DNA from: Marsupella aquatica
Taxonomy: Eukaryota; Plantae; Marchantiophyta
NCBI GenBank assembly: GCA_973895155.1
Contig: OZ316897.1
Coordinates: 9,137,832 to 9,201,831 of the forward strand
Reading direction: 5' to 3'
Length of the DNA: 64,000 nt
The translations under genes and the position numbers were made by a program. Below are positions 11,835-24,624 of this stretch, in pieces. How positions within the stretch are numbered: the first letter of the stretch is position 1; the number at the start of each line of letters is the position of its first letter. Under the pieces are notes generated by a model that did no database searches, was not told the DNA's origin, and saw only the letters and a program-made list of their open reading frames with translations.

Positions 11835-14149
11835 ATGAAGGCAGCGGGGCAGCGAATGAACCGGAGCCGCAGCTGGAGGGGAGGCGGGGGTCTTATTTCG
11901 GAGCAATCTGGCGATGCTGCCTATCGTTCCGTGTTCCGGCTGATCTTGCATTTGTGTTTCTGTTTTGTCTGTCTCGTTCTCGGATTCCGACTCTCCCGAG
12001 AATCACTCCTCGTCGTCCTCAGTGTAAAAAATTCAGACCCTGACCTTCATGGAGCGAGTATGTTGACTTCAATATCCTCCCAGAGAATTCTGGAGAACAG
12101 ATCGCTTTTCCAGGATCCTCTACTCCCAAACTCGGAAGTGAAGCCCAGTGGTTCGTACCATGATGACGGTGTTAAAAGTAGCAGAGTTCACGTTGGGCGT
12201 CATGGTATTTTGATCCGTCCTTGGCCCCATCCAGATCCCCTGGAGACAATGGTGGCACAAAGCCTCATTGTCCGAGTTCAGCAGGAGCAGCGGAAACTCT
12301 ACGGCTTGGCCGAAAGGAGGCCTCTGATTGTCATCACTCCAACTTACAGTCGTACTTGTCAGATGCTGCATCTCACCAGTCTGATGAACACTCTCAAGCT
12401 AGTGCCCGGTCCACTGTCATGGATTGTCGTCGAGGCGAGAGAGAGATCCGCACAGACTGCGGCAATTCTGTCGAGGTCGGGTCTGGACTATCACCATCTG
12501 TATCTCAAGGAGCCTATGCCCGTAGATTGGCCAGAGCGGCACCGTAGGTCGACTCGACTCCGAATTAGAGGATTGAGGTACTTTAGAGACAGGACACTGC
12601 GTCCTTAACAGCTCTTAGGTCGTTGTATCTTGCAATCCTGTTTTGTAACCTGGCCAGTGATAATGTTGAGGTTCGTGCTGAAGAGGACCAGATGGATTAA
12701 CTCCTGGCTTTTGCTGATAGTGCAGATTTATTAGGGAGCACGAATTGGTTGGCATTGTGGTATTCGCTGATGAAAGCAATGCACATAGGCTCGAGCTCTT
12801 CGACGAGGTGCAGAAAGTTGAGTGGGTCGGGGCGTTCTCTTTGGGTCTCCTAATGCCCCCTCAGGCTTCCGATGAAGCGAACCAGTTATGGAGGTGGAAC
12901 GAGAAGAACGTTCGTGCCCCGACCGCAGGATTCCTACCCGTGCAGGGTCCTGCTTGTAATGAATCAGGCCACTTGGTGGGGTGGCACTCAGAGACTGGAA
13001 ATTTAGATGTAGTAAAAGATCAAACTGAAATGCCTCCGAATTTTGAATGGGCCGGGTTTGTGCTGAACTCAGAAGCAATATTGGATGGAATTGAGAAGCC
13101 GAGTTGGATTAAGGACTTTGACGAATGGGTTCCCCAAGATGGGCGGGCAGTAAGCTTCAATTCTATTGCCTCTGATGAATCATACATTGAACCGCTTGGA
13201 GATTGTGGACGAAGAATTTTGGCGTGGTGGGCTCGTATTGAGGCCAGATCTGATAGCAGGTATCCTGAAAGGTCAGTTTCACTTATCGGCTACAATTTGA
13301 CTTTTGAAGTCGCCTTTCATGTATGCAGCTCCTGTAGAATGCGTAGCTACTAATAGCCTGGTTGCATTTACGCATTTTACCGTGATCCATCTCGCTGCAA
13401 ATTCGTTTATGCGATTGTTTATATCGAACGCAAGCCATAAAAATCACCCAAAAACTAGGCCCCAATATCCAGTGCTTTCCTCATGGGGAAAAATCAGGTT
13501 CAGGAATGCGATCTCATTGCGGTTAATAGCCGTAGGATCACTCTTCTCTTTAGAATTTGGATTTGGATGCATTTTATACATTTTGAAGATTCTTGAAGAT
13601 ACTGGCTTGACGGTGAATGTGTCTGTTCCGTAATTTATCGGCTACTTTCACCATGTTGGTCCAGACGACTGAAACTACCTGCCTGACTCTGAGATCGTGC
13701 TGCTGAAATTTTAATACAGTATCAGCTTCCCGGGTTGGATTGTTCTGCTCTGTTTTTGACAATGACGAAGATGTATTGTAGTGTGAACGACCATTCCTTC
13801 AAGAGTTTCCTTAGCGTCTTTTCCTGTTTTGCTCATGGGTTGAACTAATTGGCGAAAGAAGTTGGATAAGCCTTTATTGGGTGGAAATACGAACTGGGTT
13901 TAGAATGATGACGTGCTTTCGTTGGAATTTGTTTTGTACAGATGGGTTGCAGAGCAGCAATTGGAGGTTTTAGTGCCCGCGAAGAGCACCCCTTGGCCGC
14001 CCCCGGCACCTCCTCCTCCTGTCAGTGATACTCTTCTAGTTGATAGTGAACGGGTCGCTGAAGAGTTGGCTCAATCAGAAAAGAAACGGCAAGGCAAGCA
14101 GTCCCGAAAAGGAAAATCAAAGAAGAAACCCAGCAAGGCAGAATCTTGA
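11835..14149 (+). CDS. IRX14: GT43 family xylan beta-1,4-xylosyltransferase, IRX14-like; join(11835..12577,12726..13271,13942..14149)
   Basis: Type II TM helix; motifs VGRHGILIRPWPHPDP, LIVITPTYSR, WIVVE, GIVVFADESN, PVQGPACN, EWAGFVLNS, WWARIEARSDSRYP, VPAKSTPWP. Both GT-AG introns are phase 2 and keep the frame. Confidence 0.92.
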
Positions 14150-14802
14150 GAGCCAGAGTCCATATTATAGAATTGAGTGAAGACGAAGAATTGAGCTGCT
14201 CGGCCGAGCGGACTTGCATTTCTCTGTTGACTTCTGGGGATCGTTCTCGGGAACACCACCTTTCTGGTCCGGCAGTTGCAAAGAGTTACACTCCTGTCAA
14301 GATCTTATATCTGATCGTACCCTCCATGTCATGGGTTGTTCAGGTGATGATGACAAACGTCATCTTCTAGGCCTTGTAGCCCTCATTGCAGTTCCTTTTC
14401 TATAGGAAGATTTAGTGCAGCCTTTCCCTGAATCGTGACAAGTATGAGTCATTTACTGATCCAAATATTATCTCCTGCATAGTTCGTGCGGGTGTTTATT
14501 TCTGAAGCTGTGGGGCATTACCCATTCATTGTTAGACATTGTCAGTTTATAGAACACAGAGTGCAGAAAGCTGGTTACAGCGCTGCTACAAAGCTCGTTT
14601 ACTCATGTCCTACGGCTGGCTGATTCTTGTGCAGTGAGTCAGTTGTGGAGTTTTCTTTAGGAAGTAGTTAACCTTCACCAATGGCTATGCCTTTGCAGTT
14701 CTCTGTGGCTTTGGCAGGTCATTCATGTATACTATGATGGGGCATTCGCTTTCCTGGTAGTCGCAATATGGCAATTGACGAAGTTTGTTTTGCTATGTGT
14801 CC

Positions 14803-15072
14803 CGTCTCTTTGTCAAATTAATGTAATCCAGTTCCATACGAAACCGGCCAACCATCCGTCGTCCTATACTTGTCTCTTTGTCAAATTAATCTAATCCAGT
14901 TCCATTGGAAACGGGCCAACCATTCTTCATTCTATACTTGTAACTTTGTCAAACTAATGTAATCCACTACCATTGAAAACGGGCCAACCATCCCTCTTTC
15001 TATTGTTGTCTCTTTGTCAAATTAGTGTAATCCAGGTTCAGTGGAAACGGGCCAACCATCCGTCGTTCTATA
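14803..15072. repeat. ~65-bp tandem repeat, 4 copies
   Basis: tctttgtcaaattaatgtaatccagttcca..gaaac.ggccaaccatc repeated. Confidence 0.85.
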
Positions 15073-16106
15073 ATTCTCAGCGTATGTTCCGTCTGGTGAA
15101 TGGTACGGTAATGCAATATAATTTGACCTGAAAATGACACGAAGTATTGATAGGTGGGACTCGAGACGATGGTTGTACCGGTCAAATATGCTTTACCACC
15201 GCCATCGGTCTGAGGATAGAGCAACGGCAGCCAGAGCTAGACGATTTCAAAACCTTCTGTGCATCTTTTAACTGGAACTCGGTGGTGTCGCGGGGTTTTT
15301 AGTGTTGACAACTTTACAGTTCTCGGAGGACTTAACTCTGTTCCCTGTTGCCACTGTGTTAGTTGTTTAATTTGCAGTAGTTAATAGCCTCATGCAATGC
15401 TACAGAGATTCCCTCATTCAGAACCTTCACACCATTGCTGTGTTATCACTCATCGTAGGTGTACCAAAGCCAGGGTGTACCAGAGCCTGGGGACCCCTGT
15501 CTGCAGTAGGGAAAACGTATGTCCCTATAATAAACAATTCTACCAACTCTTTGTTAACCAAATGCTCAAAAGTACTGGGTGCTGAATTTCAGCATTAGCT
15601 CCTGTTACATGGTCCGAACAGGTTCCTCGTAATGAACCCGACCTTGGAGTCCTGTGAACTCTGAACTGCACGAATGGGCACAGTGTGTGACCAGGTCTGA
15701 GCAGCTGCCTGCTTTATCCACAGCTCAATATGCAAGTCCCCTCAAGGACGTTAGAAAGGACCCTGGTACCTGGCCATTCCCCCTGTCACTCTAGGTTCAT
15801 TTCACCCGGATGTTCCCCTGTCACCCTTTGTTTTCCCTGCACTGTGATGGACAGGTGGGCAACAGTTAGCTTGGCAACAGTTGGAGGTTCCCCTGTCACC
15901 CGTTGTTCCTCCCTGCACAGTGATGGACAGATGGACAACAGGTAGCTTGGCAATAGTTGTACTGAACATACATTACTTTTTGCAGTGCTCAGTTACCTGA
16001 CAGAATGTGGGACTCATGTTACCCAATGGAAGGCTACCTTGCCCAAGTATGCCCTGTTCAATAGTAGCTGTACCTAGCATACATTGCAAATCGTAGTTAC
16101 CAGACT

Positions 16107-16435
16107 GGATCTGGAAGTGCTGTTGCCCAATGGAAGTTCCACTAAACTATGGTACCTCTACTAAGAGGATCTGGAAGTGCTCATACCCAATGGAATTTCC
16201 ACTAAACTACTGTACCTCCACTAAGAGGATCTGGAAGTGCTGCTACCCAAAGGAAGTACCACTAAACTACTGTATCTCTACTAAGAGGATCTGGAAGTGC
16301 TGTTCCTCAATGGAAGTTCCACTAAACTATGGCACCTCTACTAAGAGGATCCGCACAGGAACCCTCCATCTGGACCTGGCTGGGTACCTCTACTAAGAGC
16401 ATCTGCACAGGCACCCTCCATCTAGACCTGGCTGG
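16107..16435. repeat. 60-bp tandem repeat x4 followed by a ~49-bp unit x2
   Basis: ggatctggaagtgct....ccaatggaagttccactaaactatggtacctctactaaga with an exact 60-bp period; this explains the repetitive ORF 16130..16396. Confidence 0.9.
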
Positions 16436-19099
16436 CTATTGACATTGTTTTCGGGAGCATTGACATTTTTCCTTCTTGCATGGGTTCAGGGTACCCTGAT
16501 ATTTTTCCCAGGTAGGTAATGGAAGGAATTGCAGGCTAGTAAGTCTAGCACTTTTGGCAGGCAGGAAAAAGTTTTTCCCAGATTTAGCAAACTGCATCAA
16601 CGCTTGTCACACTGCCACATGCCCAACTAGGACACCAACTTTACTGTTACTCCATACTCACTTCACAGTACATTCATGCAACTATCTTTGCTTTGTGACA
16701 AGAGCATGCCCAAATGGTAGCCATTGGTGCCAGACAATTTTTTTGTTTGGGAGGGCTTGACTATCCTGGCCTGCAAGAGCATCCCTAAAGGACCCATTTA
16801 CAAGCCCGCCCGCATCTGGTAAAGAGGTGCGGATGCTCTAAGAGAGTCAAGCCCAAGGGTGTTTTCCATGCTACTATTTAATGGATGCCTGCCAAGATTT
16901 TATTGACTACATTCCTGCCTGGCCAAACATTTGGCTGCTGGCGATTCTGTCCTCTGGTCCTACCCGTCTCTGGTTGGCCACCCCCTCTCCAATTGTCTGG
17001 GGTTCCTATGGCATTGCTTCCCTGGTGGACTACCCCATTTGATTCCTCAGGATTTTCATTTATAAATACCCTCGTTCCAGGCAAAACAAGCAAAACCCAG
17101 ACATCCTTCATTCAGTTTACAAGGGAGGTCGGTCTTTATTTAGTTTACAAGAGTGAGCCCAAAATGAGCATATATCGTAAAATTTTCACCATTGCATACA
17201 TGTTCAACACTTTTCCTTGGTTTTTTGCAACTTTTAATTTATAAGTTCAAACAGGGGCACACGGGATGCTTCTTCCCGGAAGGTGCAGTAGGATAGGCAA
17301 CTATCTGTAACTGCACAAATCCACTTTTTGAACTTAGCACACCTGCAAACCCGCAAGAAGTGTACACATGCTTTATCCCGGAGTGTGCACTTATAGAGAC
17401 TACTGTAGTGTGAACTTTGGAAATCTAAGATGCACTAAAACCTGGCTTGCATGTACGTGGCCTTTCAATTTGCAGCCCTAAATTAATGTTCTGGCAGTGC
17501 ATATTTCCTGAGAAAATTGCGGCTGAAACACCTCATCATCTTAAGCAGAAACTGAGGTCAAGGTCTGCAAAATGTTCAGGCCTTTGCAGTTCAACCTCTG
17601 AAAAAGGAAGACACCATTATCCTGTGGTTAGGGCTCAAGGCTTCATCCCGGAAATTGAGGGAATTTGCGGGCCAATTTTTTTAGGGCTAGCTATATGCAA
17701 GTTAGCTCTTAGAGCCAATTTGAATGTGGGAGGCCTCACTTTTCCGGCGTCCAACTTCACAGATGGCAGTAAAGTATCATATGAGAATCATGTGAAGAAA
17801 CCTCCTCATCAGGTGGGGCTTATGACATACAAAGTAGACAACCAAGGGCAAGGGTTGGAAACTTTACATCCCTTGAGTTCCCAAACTTTGGAATCACAAA
17901 ATACACAAAATGACAATAAACACACACAAAATGGACTTGTGTTGCTGGACAACAAATACTGTTGAAAATCTAGATCCTAGGGAGTGCAAATTAAGGGACC
18001 CTAGTTTGACTGCCGCCCACATGCAAGTTGGGCTCTAATCAAAACCCACCCGCACATAATACCTGACCTCGAAGGTTCACCATGGGGAGCCCAAGAAGCA
18101 CTTTACGAGGTGCATGTGGAGCTGTAATACACAAGCAAACCACCCAATGTTTTCATCCGCATATGGTTGTAATCAAACGCCACCCTCACGTAATCCTGAC
18201 CTCGAAGCTTCGACATAGGCCCCAAGAAGCACTTTAGCAGGCGTACATGTGGCCTCATTCAATGCAGCCTCGTCAGCCCGACCACAAAGAAAACGAAATG
18301 TGAGTCACTCATCAATCTCCAATGAAAGCTGATTCGCTCTTCGATTGTACGCTTAGTGTTTGGCAACGGGTTGAACTTGTGATTGAAGTTTCCAATTGAG
18401 CCTAGCGTCATCTATTTAGTTGACATGATATAAATTGTTTCACCAACTCGTGGAGTGGTCCATTTCTTTTCAGTGAGGTTTGGTTCTTGAGACATCAGCT
18501 TTGGACGGTGATTGATTGAACAAGAAAGAGCATAACACCAACAACTCGTCAGCCTGTCTGAGAAGAGGTGAGTCACACATTTGACAGGCAAACAATTGTG
18601 ACAGATTTCATGGGTTCTTCGTAGGGTAGTTCTTCGCAAAGGCAATTTCACTTTCAGTGAGGTTTGGTTTGGCTACTCGTTGTCCGTGAATAATTCTCGT
18701 TGTCATCTCGGCGCAAATTTATCCTGGACGAGGTTTTCAGCTTATTGTCGTCTCATTCTTGGTGAGAAAGGAATGCATCTTTTTGCTTGGGCTAGGAGCA
18801 AAGATAATGTTTATGTGGGCGAGTGCGATGTAGCAAGCCGGGTGGAAACGTTACCCTGATTATATTTGGGGCGGGTGGGGATCGCGTTGAATCATTTTTG
18901 GTTCTCATCGAATAAATGCTTTGACTAGGACAAGAAATAATGTTTCTATGGAGAGAGTGGTGTGGACACCTGGTGGAAACACTTCCTGATTATTATTGTG
19001 GGCGGAGGAGATTTTGTTGAATCCTAATTGGTTTACCTTGATTGCGATTGGCAGACTGTTGTAGGTCCTTCGTTTTCCTCTCTTCAAATTAACTTCATC

Positions 19100-19747
19100 A
19101 TGGGCACCATTATGGGCAAGATTTCGGTTGAGACACCGAAGTACAACGTGATTTCCAGTGGAGAAGGTTACGAAATCAGGGAGTACCCGTCTCAGCTGGC
19201 CGCAGAGGTGACGTATGATCCAGCCACCATGAAGCGGGGCGCAGACGGTGGGTTCATGGTTCTCGCAGCCTACATCGGGGCCATAGGGAAGCCAGCCAAC
19301 GTTGCAGCTGCAGGGGAATCAGGAGAGAAGATTGCAATGACAGCACCTGTGATCACACAAGAAGCACAAAAAGGAGAACCCGAGAAAATTGCTATGACCG
19401 CCCCTGTTGTCACTCAAGAGAGTGAAGCTGGCAGCGCGACAGAGGGAAAGAAGAAGCTCGTCACAATGCAATTCATCTTGCCTGCCCAGTATACGTCCGT
19501 GGAGAGCACCCCCAAGCCTACGGATGAGAGGGTTGTTGTGAAGGAAGTTCCAGCGAGAAAATTTGGAGCGACCACCTTCAGCGGAGTTGCAGATGACAGT
19601 CTGGTAGCGAAAAAATTGACAAGCTTGAGAACTGCCCTGGAGAAAGCTGGGTTCACAATCACCGGCCAGCACTTGGTTGCTCGGTACAACCCTCCCTGGA
19701 CTCCAGGATTTCTGAGAACCAACGAAGTTCTGCTCCCTGTGGAGTAG
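19100..19747 (+). CDS. SOUL haem-binding protein (215 aa, intronless CDS, likely N-myristoylated)
   Basis: MGTIMGKISVETPKY..GYEIREYP, GGFMVLAAYIG, EKIAMTAPV twice, MQFILP, ARYNPPWT..FLRTNEV; ATG at 19100. Confidence 0.93.
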   Translation: MGTIMGKISVETPKYNVISSGEGYEIREYPSQLAAEVTYDPATMKRGADGGFMVLAAYIGAIGKPANVAAAGESGEKIAMTAPVITQEAQKGEPEKIAMTAPVVTQESEAGSATEGKKKLVTMQFILPAQYTSVESTPKPTDERVVVKEVPARKFGATTFSGVADDSLVAKKLTSLRTALEKAGFTITGQHLVARYNPPWTPGFLRTNEVLLPVE

Positions 19748-22057
19748 GTATCGTCGGCATTACTTCTCTCTGTTTCGAAGCTCCTGCATGTCCTTGCGGA
19801 CAAAGTTTTCTATATGTAAATAACTTCTCAAACAAAGCAAACGAGAATTTTGTTTCCGGCCTTAGAGTGTAGTTGAAGGTTATGCAAACTTTTGAAGCTA
19901 ACCTGGAGTCTAGCTCAGTATACTCTCTCGAGTGTACACTGGACTCTTTCAGCTCATCCAATCACGGGTTCACGTCTTCGTATCAGATTATTTTCAACAT
20001 CCATTTTATTTCATTTCTTTGCTGGCCTGCTACATATTCTTAATATCCTTGTTATATGTTCGGTTACGTGGATTGTTCTGATTGTCCTCCACGTGCTTCA
20101 CTTGAAGTAGATGTTGAAGAGGATGTGTAGCCAAAACTCTTCTACTAGATCTGAACGCCTGTTTTATTCGGATAGTCCACTCCAAATCTTGCAACGATAA
20201 AGATGGTAGCGGATTGAAAGCTTCAATTGTTGATGAATTCCAACACCTTGGAGGATGGAACTGTCTCAGGGGTTTTACAAGGAGCCCCTCACCTAGATTC
20301 ACTACAGTAGAACTCTACAATGCTGCTCCTCATTGAGTTGAGCAATGTCCAAATTTACAGGAACCGTCAGACAATTTCCAATGCTCTTTCCAAGGATTCC
20401 ATATTTGCACAGTAAAAGATGATGTCTACTTTGGGAAATTCTTGAATTCTCTCTGGTATTCTTCATGCGGATGTCATCCTTGTTTGAATAATACGTCAAC
20501 TTGTGTCTGTGGGAAGTGTCTGCTCGAAGGTTTTCCCCCTGTCAGAGAATGAGTCTCCCAGGAAGAAGCTTTTGCCTCGAAAGATTTCAAATATGGGCAT
20601 CGAACGAAGCACAAGACAGTCAGGAATTCTCCCATGAAGAATCTTGAACTGTAGAAAGTAGTCAGTTTATCGGATGCTACTAATGCAGACGTGCTTAGGT
20701 CCTCAAATTGTAACAGGTAAATCCTGAAGAGAAATATCGGAGTACGGTATTAACTGGATGAGATGCTGAGAATGAGATGCACAACTGATACCAACTATAT
20801 GCAATTGGAAATGGGAGAGTTGACGAAACCAGGACAGGACTATTCGTGAACTTAACTTTTAGCACTTGATTGATCCTTGGCCTTTTTTTGCCGACTGTTA
20901 GTACTTACAATTGCTTACTGTCTTGGGATGCCAACCAACAATGACGCTCCTTCACAGCTTTTCTGAATTTTTCTTAAAATCACAGATTCAAAATTGCTGA
21001 CTGTCTGAGGATGCCAATCAACAGATTAGTCTCGCTCATATTGGTCCTATTATGTGAGGACAGAACTATTGTCAGCTGAGTGCAAAGGACTTAACAAAGT
21101 GAAGTAGAGTGTTGGGATCTCAAAATCTGCAAGGTAAGGAAAGCCAAGATCATATGGCACATTAGAGAAAAAAATCGTACACATAGTTAGCTGAGTCTAT
21201 TCTGACGAAACCGTCTTTGGTCAAAAACCTGGTATCACAAATAATGGTTTTACATACCCTTCTGAAACCGTTGGGCTTTATTATGGGGCCATTTTGAGAG
21301 TCACCCCCCTGGTTCACCACCAGATTTTCTTCCCAACATGCCCAATTCAGTATTCTTTAATGTCCTGGCTCACCATCCTATTTGAATGATTGCAATGTGC
21401 CAATCTAAACATCTAGACTCATCATCTCATTCTACTGTTCTCTGCTGCTTTGTCAGGTGTATAGAAGTGATGGTCTGGGGCTGTTACTAGCCTGTAATCT
21501 TGTGACCAGAAAATGAAGAAAACTATGCATGTGTATAAAAATGATGGTCTGGGCAGGGTGTTACTAGACTATAATCTTGCGACCAGAAATCGAAGAAAAC
21601 TATGCATGTGTATAAAACTGATGGTCTGGGCAGGGTGTTACTAGACTGTAATCTTGAAGACAATGACAAGACTGCCAAACAGCAAAGAGCATTTTGGGAG
21701 TAGGGTTCAGACTAGAACCCAGCCTGGATAGTCTTTAAATTACATAAATGCAATATTGGAAGCCCAGGTCATCTTTATATTACACAAGTGTGACACAGGC
21801 AAAAGTTAGTGATCATACATATCCAAACAATAGATTATAGAAATAACAAGTACCTCCACAAATGATCACACACCTTATATTCCATGCCACACTTCCAAAC
21901 CTAGCGCTCCCGGTGGGGGTTGTTCGAGTGCTGCCCCACCACTAATATCCCATGTGCCAGTGCCTTGGTTACTCACCCTAATAGCGAGTCATGAATGTTA
22001 CCATGGGTGTGAATGCTTTTATTATTGTGGGGCAGACACTACAGTGGCTAATAAAGC

Positions 22058-24624
22058 TCAATTGGCCAGGAGGCTATCTCGCAGTTGCTCTTTGGGCGAC
22101 GGCAGCGAGTACTCGCCCGTCACCATAAGGTGAGCCCCAAGCTGTTGGATGAGCAACTGCGCGGAGTCACGGTAGAGGCTGTTGCGACGGCCGTCCTCCT
22201 CCGCCTTCGCTGCTGCTCCCCCGTCGTCCTTGTTCCCCGCTTCGTTGTGTGACGCTTCTGCCGTCGCCGTCGGCAACGGCAGTAGGTCCGCCGTCCAGTT
22301 CACGTCCGTTCCGGAACCCGCGAGCTGAGGCTTGAAGTGCCACTTTACCCGAAAGGAACTGCACTTCTCGAGCACCTCCCCATCGACCACCTTGTACGCG
22401 AAGATGTGCTCCTCCTCGTCCACCTCCTCGATGAGCTCTTGCGTCCACGATATGCCCGGAACTTCTGCGATCATGAAGAAAATGTGAGTCACCTCAGAGC
22501 TGCTGTAACCGGATTTCCCGCTCCTCTTGAAGTGTTATACACTTAGAATGGAACGCCGGGAACTTCTGCGATCATGAAGGAAATGTAAGTCTCCTAGCGC
22601 TACTGTAGTAGGATTTCCCGCTCGATTGAAATGTTATATACTTAGCATGAAAACGCCGGGACCTTCTGCGATCATGAAGAAATTGTAAGTCTCCTGAGAG
22701 CTACCGTAGCAGGATTTTACGTTCTTCTTGTAATGTAATGTACTTGGCATGAAACAATAGTTGCGCGGGACTTCTGTAGAAAAGAGCACTGATAGTGGCT
22801 TCCTTGAGTCAGCAGGATTTCCCTTTCGTCTTGAAATGTTACTTAGCTTGAAACGATAACCTATCTCAATGACCTAACTTCCAGTTGTACGATGATATGC
22901 GTGGAACTTGTGAAGAAAGTAGTAATTTCCTAGAGTCACGACGATTTCCCTTCGCTTTGAAATGTTACTTAGCATGACACAATGAGCCGAGTCAATGACC
23001 TAATTTCCGTTTGAATTCAAGATAAGCGCCGAACTTGTGAAGAAAATGGTATGGTTGTATATTCCTAGAGTCAGCAGGACTGCCTGACTATCTTGAAAAG
23101 TTGGAACGAAATTAATGAAAAGAGGTGTCGATGCCCCGGTTTCCAGTTGTAAGAACTCTTAGAGAAACCGTTCGCAAATGGATACGAATGATCGAATTGA
23201 AAAGTCCAGGAATCTCACTCAGTACAATCATCACAAACATTCCTAAATTCGCAGACGAGTTCGTTGACAGAGTGAGAATTTGATGCAATTGCGAGAAACG
23301 AATCGCAACGCAATACGCGATTTGTCCCCGGCCTGACTGAAGGTGGCGGAAGAAGCTGAACAGTAGGCGTTAGTAAGTCGCTATATTCGACCAACACCAA
23401 CAACGTTAGTGGCTGGCGGCCTCGCGGGTAGGATACACGATCATCTCCTTACAACGAAGTTTAACTGCCATCCAGGGCAGAAGTATGTAGCTGCACCATA
23501 GCCAAACATTGCATGGTCATCATTTTGGATAATTTAGTCCTTGTGATTGTCTCAACGTATGTGAACTTCCTGGAGTGTCATGATTCTTTCTTCAATGCGA
23601 TCCCTTGTGATTGACTCTAACGTATGTGAATCCTGGAGTTTCATATTCTTCAATGCAATCGTGTAGTATGGAGCCGCAAATGGATATAAAGAAGAATTTC
23701 TGCTCATTGACAGAGTCGCTGTGCACCAAGGAAAAATGTAGCAGAGCTTCCCTCGATTTTATCTCATGGAAGCACAGCAATTGTGGTACGGTAGAATAAT
23801 GATGGAAGAAACCATGAGTCCATCCGCTCTCAATGTTATGCGCTGGAGCATAATTATACTGTTCCAGAGTGCAATCCTTCAGACTTCATGTGCGGTCGAA
23901 ACAACAAATGCTGCAGCATTGAGAGTAATCGTTCTTATCCACTGACGCGCGTACGTGGTCAACGATGCCCGGCGGCATCACATACATGCCTTCATGCGAT
24001 CAGAAGTATTGTACTACAGTTCCAAGACTTCGGCATTGAGGACTCCATGTCACGATAATCACAGCTAGGAGAGGCTGTTCGAATACTCTACTCCGTCCGT
24101 TCTGAGGATGACCGTACTTCTCAAACTTCCGATATTTTGTTGTAGGTCCCTGAGATTTCAAAATTGAGGTCGGGACAACTTCCTTACAAATGCGATCATG
24201 AAAAGATCTATCCTAATCCGCCAGTCAAGCATCACGATTCCGTCATTGGCCTCGCAGTCATTCAAGATTCTAAGATGTGTCTGCATATTGTCAACAGCTG
24301 TCAAAATGATCGTAATTGCCTTCAATTCCCTGGCCGACAAACATCTCAATGCTTTGATGCAAGTGCATTATCTGGACATCGGACGTGGAAATTCCTAGGA
24401 CTCGAGGTTTGGAATGGCATGTCTTTAGCTTACGTACCGGAGCTAAACTTGCAATCTCGAACGCTACCAACACCTCCAGCGATAGGTCCGTCGACTATTC
24501 TGCTGCTCTCTATGAAACCCGGTAACAGTCGCGGCATCAGGTGATGCAGATCCTTGAATGCTTCCCACAATTGAGGGAGCGGAACTTTGACGCTCATGTC
24601 GACTGTCAAGGTTTCAGGAGGCAT
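22058..24624 (-). CDS. Bet v1/PR-10/MLP-like (SRPBCC) protein, 197 aa; complement(join(22058..22464,24438..24624))
   Basis: LWEAFKDLHHLMPRLLP, Gly-rich loop DGPIAGGVGSVR, EEVDEEEHIFAYKVVDGEV. One phase-1 intron after codon 62, the typical Bet v1-family position. Joined length is 594 nt. Confidence 0.88.
22455..23100. repeat. ~100-bp tandem repeat containing the intron 3' splice site of the Bet v1-like gene
   Basis: cttctgcgatcatgaag.aa at ~22462, ~22563 and ~22663, with more diverged copies to ~23100. Confidence 0.8.

Noticed and set aside
16107-16435. Regular 60-bp repeats as a CRISPR-like array or repeat protein
   Set aside because: Whole units are repeated with no unique spacers; eukaryotic context; no cas genes.
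17447-17965. 172-aa ORF, and similar 100-180-aa ORFs at 37787, 41552, 43510 and 53235
   Set aside because: Non-ATG starts or antisense/UTR positions, with no recognisable motifs or splice-consistent partners.
19320-19420. Doubled EKIAMTAPV motif in SOUL
   Set aside because: As I recall, this doubling is common in plant SOUL proteins of this clade.
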